From Chiloscyllium plagiosum (taxonomy: Eukaryota), in NCBI RefSeq assembly GCF_004010195.1, contig NC_057719.1, positions 27,199,623 through 27,263,622 of the forward strand: DNA of 64,000 nt. The letters run 5' to 3'. Position 1 is the stretch's first letter, and each line of letters begins with the position of its first letter. Under the pieces are notes generated by a model. The model did not search any database and was not told where the DNA came from. It saw only the letters and a program-made list of their open reading frames with translations. Below, piece by piece: positions 49,820 to 62,549 of the stretch. The position numbers were made by a program, and so were the translations under genes.

Positions 49820-52800
49820 TAGAACATAGAACATAGAACAATACAGCGCAGAACAGGCACTTCGGCCCTCGATGTTGCGCCGACCTGTGAACTATTCTCA
49901 GCTCGTCCCCCTACACTATCCCAAAATCATTCATGTGCTTATCTAAGGACTGTTTAAATCCCCCCAATGTGGCTGAGTTGACTACACTAGCAGGCAGGGC
50001 ATTCTACGCCCTTCCCTCTCTCCGCGTAAAGAACCTGCCTCTGATATCTGTCTTAAATCTATCACCCCTCAATTTGTAGTTATGCCCCCTCATATACTCT
50101 GACATCATCACCCTAGGAAAAAGACTTTCACTGTCTACCCTATCTCATCCTCTGATCATCTTCTATGTCTCTATCAAATCCCCTCTTAGCCTTCTTCTTT
50201 CCAACCTGAAGTCTCTCAAGTCTCTCAAACATTCCTCATAAGACCTTCCCTCCAGACCAAGCACCATCCTGGTAAATCTCCTCTGTACCTTTTCCAATTC
50301 TTCCACATCCTTCCCGAAATATGACGACCAGAACTGTACACAATATTCCAAGTCTGGCCGCACCAGCGTTTTATATAGTTGCAGCATGATATTGCAGCTC
50401 CGGAACTCAATCCCTCTACGAATGAAACCTAACACACCGTATGCCTTCTTAACAGCACTGTCCACCTGGGTGGCAATTTTCAGAGATCTATGTACATGGA
50501 CTCCAAGATCCACACTACCAAGAATCTTTCCATTGACCCAGTACTCTGCCTTCCTGTTATTCTTCCCAAAGTGCATTACCTCACATTTATCTGCATTGAA
50601 CTTCATTTGTCACCTCTCAGCCCAATTCTGCAGTTTATCCAAGTCCCCCTGCAACCTGTAACATTCTTCCACACTGTCCACTACTCCATCTACTTTAGTG
50701 TCGACTGCAAATTTACTAATCTATCCACCTATACCTGCGTCTAAGTCATTTATAAAAATGACAAACAGCAGTGGTCCCAAAAAGAAATCTTTGTGGCACA
50801 CCACTAGTAATCAGATTCCAGGCTGAATATTTTCCATCAACTACCACTCGCTACCTTCTTACAGAAAGCATTTCTCATCCAAACTGCTAAACTACCCTCA
50901 ATTCCATGTCTCTGCATTTTCTCCAACAGCCTACCATGTGGAACCTTATCAAAGACTTTATTGAAGTCCACGTATACCATGTCAACTGCCCTACCCTCAT
51001 CTACATGCTTGATCACCTTCTCAAAAAACTAAATGAGGTTTATTAGACACGGCCTGCCCTTGACAAAACCATATTGACTATCTGAAATCAAATTGTTGCT
51101 TGCTAGATGATTATTAATCTTATCTCTTATAATCCTTTCCAAAACCTTTCCTACAACAGAAGTAAGGCTTACTGGCCTATAATTACCTGGGTCATCTCTA
51201 CTGCCCTTCTTGAACAAGGACACACCATTTGCAATCCTCCAGTCCTCTGGTACCAAACTTGTAGACAATGATGATTCAAATATCAAAGCCAAAGGCTCTG
51301 CTATCTCCTCCCTAGCTTCCCAGAGAATTCTCGGATAAATCCCATCTGGCCCAGGGGGACTTGTCTACTTTCACTCCTTCCAGAATTGATAACACCTGTT
51401 CGTACCTAACCTCGATCCTTTTTAGTCTAATATCTCATCCCTCATTCTTCTCCTCTACAATATTCTCCTTTTCCTGAGTGAAACCCGATGAGAAATGTTC
51501 GTTTAGCATCTCTCCGATCTCTACAGGGTCCACACTCAACTTCCCACTTCTGTCTTTGACTGGCCCTATTCCTACCCTAGTCATCCTCTTATTCCTCACA
51601 TACCCGTAGAAAGCTTTAGGGTTCTCCTTTATTCTATTTGCTAAAGACTCCTCGTGTCCTCTCTTTGCTCTTCTTAACTCTCACTTTAAATCCTTCCTAG
51701 CTGATCTGTAATGCTCCATCGTCTCATCTGAACCATCTTGCCTCAACAACACATAAGCCTCCTTCTTCTGCTTAACAAGAGATGCAATTTCTGTTGTAAA
51801 CCATAGTTCCCTTACCTTATCACTTCCTCCCTGCCTGACTGGGACATACCTATCAAGGACACACAATATCTGCTCCTTAAACCAGCTTTACATTTCTATT
51901 GTCTGCATCCCCTGTATTTTTCTACCCCATTCTATGCATCCTAATTCTTGCCTAATCGCATTATAATTGCCTTTGCCCCATTGATAACTCTTGACCTGTG
52001 GCATGTACCTATCCCTTTCCATTGCTAAACTAAACATAACTGAATTATGGTCACTCTCTCCAAAGTGCTCACCTGGTTCATTACCAAGCACCAGATCCAG
52101 TGTGGCCTCCCCTCTTGTCGGCCCTTCGACAAACTGTGTCAGGGAACCCTCCTGTACACATTGGACAAAAACTGATCCATCCAACGTACTAGAGTTATAG
52201 TATTTCCAGTCAATGTTGGGGAAGTTAAAGTCCCCCATAATGACCACCCTGTTCCTTTCACTCCTACCCAGAATAATTTTGCTAATCCTCACTTCCACCA
52301 CACTGGAGGCCTATTAAGAAAAACCCAGCACTGTGACTTCTCCTCTCCTGTTTCTTGCCTGTTCTTAATGAAAGATCTAAACCCTGGAACCTGCAACGTC
52401 CATTCCTCATCCTGCTCTAGTCATGACTCCGAAATGGCCACAAATGACTCCGAAGTCCCAGGTACCTATCCATACTGTGTCAGGAAACCCTCCTGTACAC
52501 ATTGGACAAAAACTGATCCATCCAACGTACTAGAGTTATAGTATTTCCAGTCAATGTTGGGGAAGTTAAAGTCCCCCATAATGACCACCCTGTTCCTTTC
52601 ACTCCTACCCAGAATAATTTTGCTAATCCTCACTTCCACCACACTGGAGGCCTATTAAGAAAAACCCAGCACTGTGACTTCTCCTCTCCTGTTTCTTGCC
52701 TGTTCTTAATGAAAGATCTAAACCCTGGAACCTGCAACGTCCATTCCTCATCCTGCTCTAGTCATGACTCCGAAATGGCCACAAATGACTCCGAAGTCCC

Positions 52801-52926
52801 AGGTACCTATCCATGCTGCAAGCTCACCTACCTTATTTCGGATACTTATGGCGTTGAAGTAGACACACTTCAAACCACTTTGCTGTCTGCCAGCACATTC
52901 CTGTGACCCTGAAATCCTGTCCCTGA
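49820..52926 (-). mobile_element. CR1 LINE ORF2 (APE + RT), same subfamily as 37643-39720
   Basis: GDFNFPNIDW, FGESDHNSV, DPGNYRPVSLTS, LYKTLVRPDLEYC and a (TTCTATG)n tail. Confidence 0.95.
52133..52814. repeat. 341-bp near-perfect tandem duplication within the CR1 APE region
   Basis: 52133-52473 is repeated at 52474-52814. I saw one difference (AGGG/AGGA). Confidence 0.9.
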
Positions 52927-53089
52927 CAGGGCTGTGTTTGCTGTTAATGCTTACAGTGTCTTCAGTTGCTGCTGAGTGGTCTGTCCAGTTTCATTTCTCA
53001 CAGACTTTCAGCGAGTTTGATACAACTGAGGGGCTGGTTGCTAGACTATTTCAGATGGCAGTCGCAAATCAACTACATTGCTGTGGATT

Positions 53090-53285
53090 TCACAGACCAG
53101 GGAAAGATAACAGATTTATTTCCCTAAAGGGCATTGGTGAACCACATGGCTTCTAACAACAATGGGTTCACAGTCATCATCAGATTCCTTTAATTCCAAA
53201 TTTTAAAAATTCAATTTCAACCATTTGTCATGGTGAGATTCGAACCTGGGTCTCCAGAGTATAACCACTGTGCCAATACCTCCCC
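53090..53285 (-). mobile_element. Third SINE family copy
   Basis: Minus-strand A box TGGCACAGTGG and B box GGTTCGAATCTCACC. Body resembles the copy at 29856. Confidence 0.6.
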
Positions 53286-53602
53286 AATTGTACGTTGGCA
53301 TGCTTGACATTATTACTGAGACAATGAGGTAGACCTTGATGTTAGTTCTTACTCCTCCAGATCCTGCAGATTGTGTCTGAATACACGTGACATCACCACA
53401 TTAAGTGGTACCCAATATGCTCCTCAGCATGAATCTCTGAGACCATTGACCTGATAAAGATGACAGACCAACCCCAAGAGCTGCTGACCCATAAAGAAGT
53501 GCCATTTTTAGGAAGGTATCTTCAAAGAGAGGGTATCTCAATGCCTGAGATGCTCTGCAGGGCCACTTAAGCTGTTCGAGTGGCTACCCAGCAGATGAAA
53601 AA

Positions 53603-54840
53603 ATTACTTGAGTTTTTTGAAAAAGTAGCAAAGGGGTTTGATGAGGGCAGTGCAGTGGACGTGATCTATATGGGCTTTAGTCAGGTGTTCAACAAGGTTC
53701 CCCATGGTAGACTCGTACATAAGATTAGATCACATAGAATATAGGGAGAGCTAGCCATTTAGATACAGAACTTGCTTGAGGGTAGAAGACAGAGAGTGAT
53801 GGTGGAAGCTTGCTTTTCAGACTGGAGGCCTGTGACCAATGGTTTACTATAAGGAATCAGTGCTGGATCCACTGTCTTTTATGTAAATGATTTGAATGTG
53901 TACATAGGAGGTATGGTTAGTAAGTCTGCAGATGACACCAAAATTAGAAGTGTAGTGGACAGTGAAGAAGGTTACCTCAGAGTATAATGGAATCTTGATC
54001 AGATGGGCCATAGGGTCGATGAGTGGCAGATGGAGTTTAATTTAGATAAATAGGAGATGCTGCATTTTGGAAAGTCAAATCCGGGCAGGACTCATACACG
54101 TAATGGTAAGGTTCTAAGCAGTATTGCTGAACAAAGAGACCTTGGAGTGTAGGTTCACAGCTCCTTGAAAGTAGTGTCGCAGGTAGATAAGATAGTGAAG
54201 AAGGTGTTTGGTATGCTTTCCTTTATTGGTCAGAACATTGAGTATCGGAGTTGGGAGGTCATGTTACACAACATTGGTTAGGCCATTGTTGGAATATTGT
54301 GTGCAGCTCTGGTCTCCATGCTCTGGGAAGGATGTTGTGAAACTTGGAAGAGTTTAGAAAAGTTTTACAAGGATGTTGCCAGGGTTGGAGGGTTTGAGTG
54401 TTAGGGAGAGGCTGAATAGGCTGGGGCTATTTTCTCTGGAGCATTGAAGACGAAGAGGTAATCTTATAGAGGTTTATAAAATCATGAGGGGCATGGATAG
54501 GATAAAGAGACAAGGTCTTTTCCCCAGGGTAGAAGAGTCCAAAGACAAAGAGCAAAGGTTTAAGGTGAGAGGCGAAAGATTTAAGAGGGACCTAAGGGGC
54601 AACATTTTCATTCAGAGCTGGTTTGTATATAGGATGAGCTGCCAGAGGAAGTGGTGGAGGCTGGTAAAATTACAATATTTAAAAGGCATCTGGATGGGTA
54701 TATGAATAGGAAGAGTTAAGAGGGATATGGGCCAAATGCTGGCAAATGGGACTAGATTAGATTAGGATATCTGGTCAGCATGGACGAGTTGGACTGAAGG
54801 GTCTGTTTCCGTCCTATACAGTACATCTCTATGACTCTAT
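53603..54840 (+). mobile_element. CR1 LINE RT to 3' end (same subfamily as 10057-11112)
   Basis: EFFEKVAKGFDEGSAVDV, SADDTKI, LEYCVQLWSP and a CTCTATGACTCTAT tail. Confidence 0.92.
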
Positions 54841-54849
54841 GACATGTCA

Positions 54850-54964
54850 GGTCAGGCAGTATCCGAGGAGCAGGAGAATCGACGTTTCGGGCTGCCTGAC
54901 CTGCCATGCTTTTCCAACACCATACTCTCAACTGATCTCCAGCATCTGCAGTCCTCACTTTCTC
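54850..54964. mobile_element. Family A element (hammerhead mostly deleted)
   Basis: Short inverted arm. TSD CTCTATGACATGTCA (54835-54849) / CTCTGTGACATGTCA (54965-54979). Confidence 0.8.
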
Positions 54965-55937
54965 CTCTGTGACATGTCATCCCACTGGTATAATGACAAG
55001 GTCTGGTATAATGACAAGGTGACAGGAAGACACAGGCATCTGCCTTACCAGTCTCATGCCATTTTACAAGCCTTCTCACTTCACAGTCCATTACCACTGT
55101 GTTGGTAAAATTCAAATCAGTGGATTTCAAAGTTGAGCTTTATAGGAACAAATCTATCTAGTAGCAGGCACATTAGAGGACAGAAAATAGAAACATTTGA
55201 GGTCACTCTGCCCTTCAAGCCTGCTCTGTCAATCAGGACGATCATCCAACTCAGTACCCATTCCTGATTTCTCCCCAAATCCTCGGATCCCTTTAGCCCC
55301 AAGGACTGTAGCTAACTCCTTCTTGAAAAAATTTTGATGTTTGCCTCAAGTGTTTTCTGTGGCAGATAATTCGACAGGCTTACCATTGCCTGGGTGAAGA
55401 AATTTCTCCTCATCTCAGTCCTAAACGTCCTTCCCCTTAACCTTAGACTATGACCCCAGGTTCTGGACTCCCAATGTTCAGAAATATCACTCCTGAGTTC
55501 ACCCTGATTTATTTCTATGAGATACCCTTCCTCGTTCTTCTGAATTCCAGTGACTATAGCTCTAACCAATTCAGTCACCCTTCAAAATTCAATCCTGCCA
55601 TCCCAGGAATCAGTCTGATAAAACTTTATCACACTCCCTCCATAACAAGAAAATCCTGCCTTAGATAAGGAAACTAAAACTGCACACAGTACTCGAGGTG
55701 TGATCTAATCAAGGCCTGATATAACTGCAGTAGGATATCCCTGCTCAAAATATTTATCCACAATATATTTCCTCTGCCATGCATTTGCTCACTCTCTCAA
55801 CTTGTCCAAATCACACTGAAACAATTCTCTTCATAGCTCACTCTCCCATTCTGCTTTGTGTCATCTGCAAACTTGGAGATATCACATTTAGTTCCCTCAT
55901 TTATATCCTTAAGTGTTTATGAATAGCGAGGTTCCCA

Positions 55938-58900
55938 GCACCGATCACCACAGTACCTCAATAGACACTGTCGACCACTGATCACCACAGCACCCCACTA
56001 GTCACTGTCTACCACTGATCACCACAGCACGCCACTAGTCACTGTCTACCACTGATCACCACAGCGTCCAACTAGTCACTGTCTACCACTGATCACCACA
56101 GCATCCAACTAGTCACTGTCTACCACTGAACATCACAGCATCCCACTAGTCACTGTCTACCACTGATCACCACAGCGCCCCACTAGTCACCATCTACCAC
56201 TGATCACCACAGCACCCAACTAGTCACTGTCTACCACTAATCACCAACGCATTCTACTAGTCACTGTGTACCACTGATCACCACAGCATCCCACTAGTCA
56301 CTGTCTACCACTGTTCACCACTGGTCACCACTAGTTACTTTCTACCACTGATCACCACAGCAACCCACCAGACCCTGTCTACCACTGATCACCACAGCAC
56401 CACAATAGTCACTGTCTACCACTGATCACCACAGCACCCGACTAGTCGCTGTCTACCACTGATCACCACAGCACCCCACTAGTCACTGTCTACCACTGAT
56501 CACCACAGCATCCCACTAGTCACTGTCTACCACTGTTCACCACTGGTCACCACTAGTTACTTTCTACCACTGATCACCACAGCAACCCACCAGATCCTGT
56601 CTACCACTGATCACCACAGTACCATACGAGTCACCGTCTACCACTGATCACCACAGCACACGACTAGTCGCTGTCTACCACTGATCACAACAGCACCCCA
56701 ACAGTCACTATCTACCACTGATCACCACAGCACCCCACTAGTCACCGTCTACCACTGATCACCACAGCACCCGACTAGTCACTATTTACAACAGATCACC
56801 GCAGCACCTGACTAGTCACTGTCTAAAAGCTGATCACCACTGCACCCCACTAGTCACTGTATACCACTGATCACCACAGCGTCCCACTAGTCACTGTCTA
56901 CCACTGATCACCACAGCACCACAACAGTCACTGTCTGCCACTGATCACCACAGCAACCCACTAGTCACTGTCTACAACTGATCACCACAGCACCCCAACA
57001 GTTACTGTCTACCACTGATCACCACAGCGTCCCACTAGTCACTGTCTACCACTGATCACCACAGCACCACAACAGTCACTGTCTGCCACTGATCACCACA
57101 GCACCCCAACAGTCACTGTCTACCACTAATCACCGCAGCATCCCACTAGTCACTGTCTACCACTAATCACCACAGCACCCAACTAGTCACTGTCTACCAC
57201 TGATCACCACAGCACCCGACTAGTCACTGTCTACCACTAATCAACANNNNNNNNNNNNNNNNNNNNNNNNNNNNNNNNNNNNNNNNNNNNNNNNNNNNNN
57301 NNTCACCACAGCGTCCCACTGGTCACTGTATTCCACTGATCACCACAGTGTCCCACTAGTCACTGTCCACCACTGTTCACCACTGGTCACCACTAGTTAC
57401 TGTCAACCACTGATCACCACAGCGTCCCACTGGTCACTGTATTCCACTGATCACCACAGTGTCCCACTAGTCACTGTCTACCACTGATCACCGCAGCAAC
57501 CTACTAGTCACTGTCTACCACTGATCACCACAGCACCCCAACAGTCTCTGTCTACCACTGATCACCACAGCGTCCCACTTGTCAGTGTATTCCACTGATA
57601 ACCACAGTGTCCCACTAGTCACTGTCTACCACTGATCACCACAGCAACCTACTAGTCACTATCCACCACTGATCACCACAGCACCGCAACAGTCACTGCC
57701 TACCACTGATCACCACAGCAACCCACTAGTCACTGTCTACCGCCGATCACCACAGCACCCCACTAGTCACTGGCTACCACTGATCACCACAGTACCCCAA
57801 CAGTCACTGTCTACTACTGATCACCACAGCAACCCACTACTCACTGTCTACCACTGATCACCACAGTGTCCCATGAGTCACCGTCAACCACTGATCACCA
57901 CAGCGTCCCACTAGTCACTGTATTCCACTGATCACCACAGTGTCCCACTAGTCACTGTCTACCACTGATCACCGCAGCAACCTACTAGTCACTGTCTACC
58001 ACTGATCACCACAGCACCCCAACAGTCTCTGTCTACTCTGATCACCACAGCGTCCCACTTGTCAGTGTATTCCACTGATCACCACAGTGTCCCGCTAGTC
58101 ACTGTCTACCACTGATCACCACAGCAACCTACTAGTCACTATCCACCACTGATCACCACAGCACCGCAATAGTCACTGTCTACCACTGATCACCACAGCA
58201 ACCCACTAGTCACTGTCTACCGCCGATCACCACAGCAACCCACTAGTCACTGTCTACCACTGATCACCACAGTATCCCATGAGTCACCGTCAACCACTGA
58301 TCACCACAGCGTCCCACTAGTCACTGTATTCCACTGATCACCACAGTGTCCCACTAGTCACTGTATTCCACTGATCACCACAGTGTCCCACTAGTCACTG
58401 GCTACCACTGATCACCACAGTACCCCAACAGTCACTGTCAACTACTGATCGCCACAGCACCCGACTAGTCACTGTCTACTACTGATCACAACAGCAACCC
58501 ACTAGTCACTGTCTACCACTGATCACCACAGCACCCCAACAGTCACTGTCTACCACTGATCACCACAGCATCCCAAAAGTCACTGTCTACTACTGATCAC
58601 CACAGCATCCCACGAGTCACTGTCTACCACTGATCACCACAGCGTTCCACTAGTCATTGTCTACCACTGATCACCAGAGCACCCGACTAGTCACTGTCTA
58701 CCACTAATCACCACAGCACCCCACTAGTCACCTTCTACCACTGATCACCACAGCACCCCATTAGTCACTGTCTACCACTGATCACCACAGCACCCGACTA
58801 GTCACTGTCTACCACTGATCACCACAACGCCCAACTAGTCACTGTCTACCACTGATCAACACAGCGTCCCACTAGTCACTGTCTATTAATAATCACCATG

Positions 58901-59215
58901 GTACCCCACTAGTCACTATCTACCACTGATCACCACAGCACCCCACTAGTCACTGTCTACCACTGATCACCACAGCACCCCACTAGTCACCATCTACCAC
59001 TGATCACCACAGCACCCCACTAGTCACAGCCTACCATTGATCACCACAGCACCCCAATGGTCACTGCCTACCACTGATCACCACACTAGTCAATGTCCAC
59101 CATTGATCACCACATCACCCCACTAGTCACTATCTACCACTGATCACTGCAGTGCCCCAATAGTCACTGTCTACCACTGATCACCACAGCACCCAAACAG
59201 TCACTGTCTACCACT
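55938..59215. repeat. 37-bp minisatellite CCACTGATCACCACAGCACCCCACTAGTCACTGTCTA (~88 units as assembled)
   Basis: Head-to-tail 37-bp periodicity with no spacers. Interrupted by an N gap. Confidence 0.97.
57247..57302. other. Assembly gap (56 N)
   Basis: Run of n inside the minisatellite. Confidence 1.
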
Positions 59216-59628
59216 TTGAGAAAGATCCATGTATTTCTATTCTTTGTTTCCTTTTGTCAACCAGTTCTCTATCCAAGACAGTCTGCTATTCCAATCCTAT
59301 GCACTTTAATTTTACATGCTCATCTCTAATGTTGGCATTATTACGTTTGTTATTGAGAAGTTTTGTTGTTTAACTCCTTAATTTTTTTGTTAAAAGAGTC
59401 TGTTGTAACATTGTCAACAAACTAAAAAGGATAATAATTAGTTTGCAATTAAAAGTTGAGTATGTTAGCAGATGTAGTCTAGTTAGTGGAAGGTTTGAAC
59501 TAGAGGACCCCAATTTAAAGTGAATGGCAAATGAGGTAAATGTGACATGAGGAAAAATATTTAGCAATTGAGTAATCATGATCTAGAATGTACTTGAGAA
59601 GCTGGTTGACTCAGGCTTTTAACAACAT

Positions 59629-59931
59629 GGGCGGTTAGCACTGCTGCCTCACAGCGCCAGAGACTTGGGTTCAATTCCCGCCTCTGGCAACTGTCTGTGT
59701 GGAGTTTGCACATTCTCCCCGTGTCTGCGTGGGTTTCCTCCAGGTGCTCTGGTTTCCTCCCCACAGTCCAAAGATGAGTAGGTTAGGTAAATTGGCCATG
59801 CTAAATTGCCCGTAGTGTCAGGTGAAGGGATAAATGTGGGGGAATGGGTCTGGGTGGGTTGATCTTCGGAGGGTCGGTGTGGACTTGTTGGGCCGAAGGG
59901 CCTATTTCCACACTGTGGGTAATCTAATCTG
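59629..59931 (+). mobile_element. V-SINE (HE1-like) with the A box deleted, inside an old CR1 3' remnant
   Basis: Starts GGGCGGTTAGCAC and lacks the TGGCACAGTGG segment. B box and V-domain are present. TSD AACAT at 59624-59628 and 59932-59936. Confidence 0.88.
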
Positions 59932-60098
59932 AACATATTGAATAATTACCTGAAGGGAAATACAAAAAGAGTTATGAGAAAGGGAGTAGGACAACCTAAG
60001 TTGTATCTGCAAAAAGTCCCTGTTGGTACAACTGTTTGAATGAACTTTGCGGTAACCATTCTCCAATGCTATAAACAGTATGACGCTTACTCAAGCAA

Positions 60099-60244
60099 GA
60101 TCTGAGGATCAGGAAAATCGAAGGGCATTTGCCTGAAACGTCGATTTTCCTGCTCCTCGGATGCTGCCTCAACTGCTGTGATTTTCCAGCACCACTCTAA
60201 TCTAGAAACTGGTTTCTAGCATCTGCAGCCCTTGTTTTTACCTA
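60099..60244. mobile_element. Family A element, partial hammerhead
   Basis: GAAGGGCATTTGCCTGAAACGTCGA. Perfect 13-bp TSD CTTACTCAAGCAA at 60086-60098 and 60245-60257. Confidence 0.85.
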
Positions 60245-61768
60245 CTTACTCAAGCAAACATGGCCATTATTTCTGAAGAACATTGTATTTGTAATATTGC
60301 ACATAACATTTGGTTGACAGGGCACTTTCCTTTTCATTCTGATAATAACTTGAAGGTGAAAGGTCTAATTAACAACTTCAATTCAATAAACCAAAGCTGC
60401 CGGCTAAAATTGATACACCAATGATGCTAAGTATAAAATTCAATAATTTTTTTTATCATTTATTGATTCAGTGCTCTTGATGGAATACCAGGAATAAAAC
60501 TGTACAGTCTGGCATGAGCAAATAAATCTTATCACTAGTCGTTGGGAAGAATTAGTGTTCCCAGCTGACATCTGTCAACAGATAATGGCTCCAAGGCAAT
60601 ATTAGGTCATTGGTCACTTTTCATCAATACAGGTAAATGGCAAGTCAACACATATATAACGTAACACATTTCATTGATACTTTGCTCAATGTTGAAGCTC
60701 ATGCCTCTAAAAGACAAAGAAAGTGATGAAAAGTATTGAAATCAAAGGCATTTTTCCACCTGACAAATGATATGCAATATACTAAGGTGTTTCTGGAATT
60801 GTTTAACAGAGCTCTGTCTTCTATATTCAGTCGCGATTGTATCTGAAAATTTTATATGTTACATTGAAACGAAAAGCATATAACACTGAGAGAGTGTTAA
60901 AAAATGTATTGGTTACTAATTATATGTGGCTGGTATATGGTCAATTAACTACACAGATAAAGCTTAAATAGATATTCGATTATTTTAGTGAAGCATTGTG
61001 CATTGAAATGGTGATAACTTGAATGAAATGAAATGAAATGAAATACTGCTTGTGTGGAAGTTGCCAGCCATTTCTGCGAGAAGAATAGCAAGTCCAATAG
61101 AATGATGCCTGTTATAAGATGAAATTTCACTCTGGTAACTCTAGATTAGCTGGATGTATCTACTCTTGACATATTATTAAATGAAGGAGAGTTAGACTGC
61201 TGACCAGCACAAAATCATGGAACGCTGTGAAAGCCATCATTTGACATCAAGATTTCGCTGGGAAAGGACATACCAAGCCTGTGACGATGACTAAGCCTGT
61301 GAGAAAGTGTTATTGAATGGAGAGAAGTTGATGTTGAAAATGGACATTATCAGTGAGTGCGAGGGTTCACCATTGAGTTTTTCTGACAATCATTCCAACA
61401 GTTTGACAAACAACCATCATGTCCAGCAAGAAAGAGGATGAGAACAGCTGCCCATCCCAACATTGAAGACATTGTGCTAATGCAGTTCACAGCTGCTGAA
61501 GCAGAGAATGTTTCTATCTCCAGAACCATCCTGTAGGGAAGAGGATTTGTCCTGGCAGTTGGCTGATACGGGGGTACACTTGCAGTATTGGTGGCTGGAT
61601 TGATTCAAGAGAAGGTCTGCCTTCTTGTTCCATATGGTTAGTGGTGAGGACATGGAGGGGACAGGAGCATTGGCAGATAATTAGCTCAAATGTAGTCAGG
61701 GTCATGTCTAGAACAGGAGTGCACTGAGGCATTTTAATCCACAACAAACTGTTCTGCCATTTGTTTCA

Positions 61769-61957
61769 GGGAGAAAGTGAGGACTGCAGATGCTGGAGAT
61801 CAGAGCTGAAAATGTGTTGCTGGAAAAGCGCAGCAGGTCAGGCAGCATCCAAGGAACAGGAGAAGGGCTGAAGAAGGGCTTATGCCCGAAACGTCGATTC
61901 TCCTGTTCCTTGGATGCTGCCTGACCTGCTGCGCTTTTCCAGCAACACATTTTCAGC
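61769..61957. mobile_element. Young family A palindromic element
   Basis: Perfect 60-bp inverted repeat (61805-61864 / 61898-61957). Perfect 15-bp TSD CTGCCATTTGTTTCA at 61754-61768 and 61960-61974. Confidence 0.92.
61868..61895 (+). ncRNA. Hammerhead ribozyme catalytic core (GUC triplet) in the loop of a 60-bp hairpin
   Basis: CTGAAGA-A-GGGC-TTAT-GCCC-GAAAC-GTC. All conserved core nucleotides are present, but the first stem I pair is mismatched (G/G). Confidence 0.7.
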
Positions 61958-62549
61958 AACTGCCATTTGTTTCAACCTGACTTATCTTTACCATTTCAAG
62001 GTGAAACATCCGCGGTCTGCATTAACATAGGAACATTGGAAATGGCAACAAGAATAATTCATTTGGCCGTTTGAGGCTATTCCGCCCTTCAATATGATCA
62101 TGGCTGATCATCCAACTCAGTTCCACTTTCTCTCTGTAAACTTTGATTCCTTTAGTCCGAAGAAATATTTCTGCATCTTTCTTGAAAAATTCAATGTTTT
62201 GATCTCAACCGCTTTCTGTAGCAAAGAATTTCACAGGCTCACCTCTCTCTGGATGAAGACATTCCATCACCATATTAGGAGTTTCTTCAGCGTGAATCTC
62301 CAGGACCATTGTCTAAATCAATAGATGGTGGTAAAAGAGCTGTGGCTCTTTGTGATTGGAAGTCCAAACAGTCATGCAGCGTTGTGAATGTCAAGACACT
62401 GCGCAATATCTCCTGATATCTTCCAACATTTTTGAGGTTTGGATGAGAAAGATGGGCAAAATACAAAAGGAAGATGATTACTCTTACAGACAATTGTTCC
62501 TGTGACTCCGACATTACCATCCTCAGGAATGTCAAGTTGACACAAAATT

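Larger units (their letters stand above)
47900..53060 (-). mobile_element. Second LINE family long remnant, split by CR1 49820-52926
   Basis: FINDLLSIIMLEVKLFIDN, WADKCKVTSTPHKCKALTIS and ADESVPLNVEQHLKETLRV. The sequence resumes at GACAGGGCTGTGTTTGCTG after the CR1. Confidence 0.7.
55180..59335 (-). mobile_element. CR1 LINE fragment whose RT motif has expanded into a minisatellite
   Basis: Left flank is the CR1 3' part (ESRTWGHSLRLRG, KFADD at ~55860). Right flank (59216-59335) continues the upstream RT (WIENWLT..HGSFSKW). Confidence 0.85.

Noticed and set aside
54985..55020. 18-bp tandem duplication CTGGTATAATGACAAGGT x2
   Set aside because: Real, but an ordinary micro-duplication with no further structure.
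55938..59215. 37-bp repeat array as a CRISPR array
   Set aside because: Units are head-to-tail with no unique spacers, there are no cas genes, the context is eukaryotic, and the unit derives from the CR1 RT.
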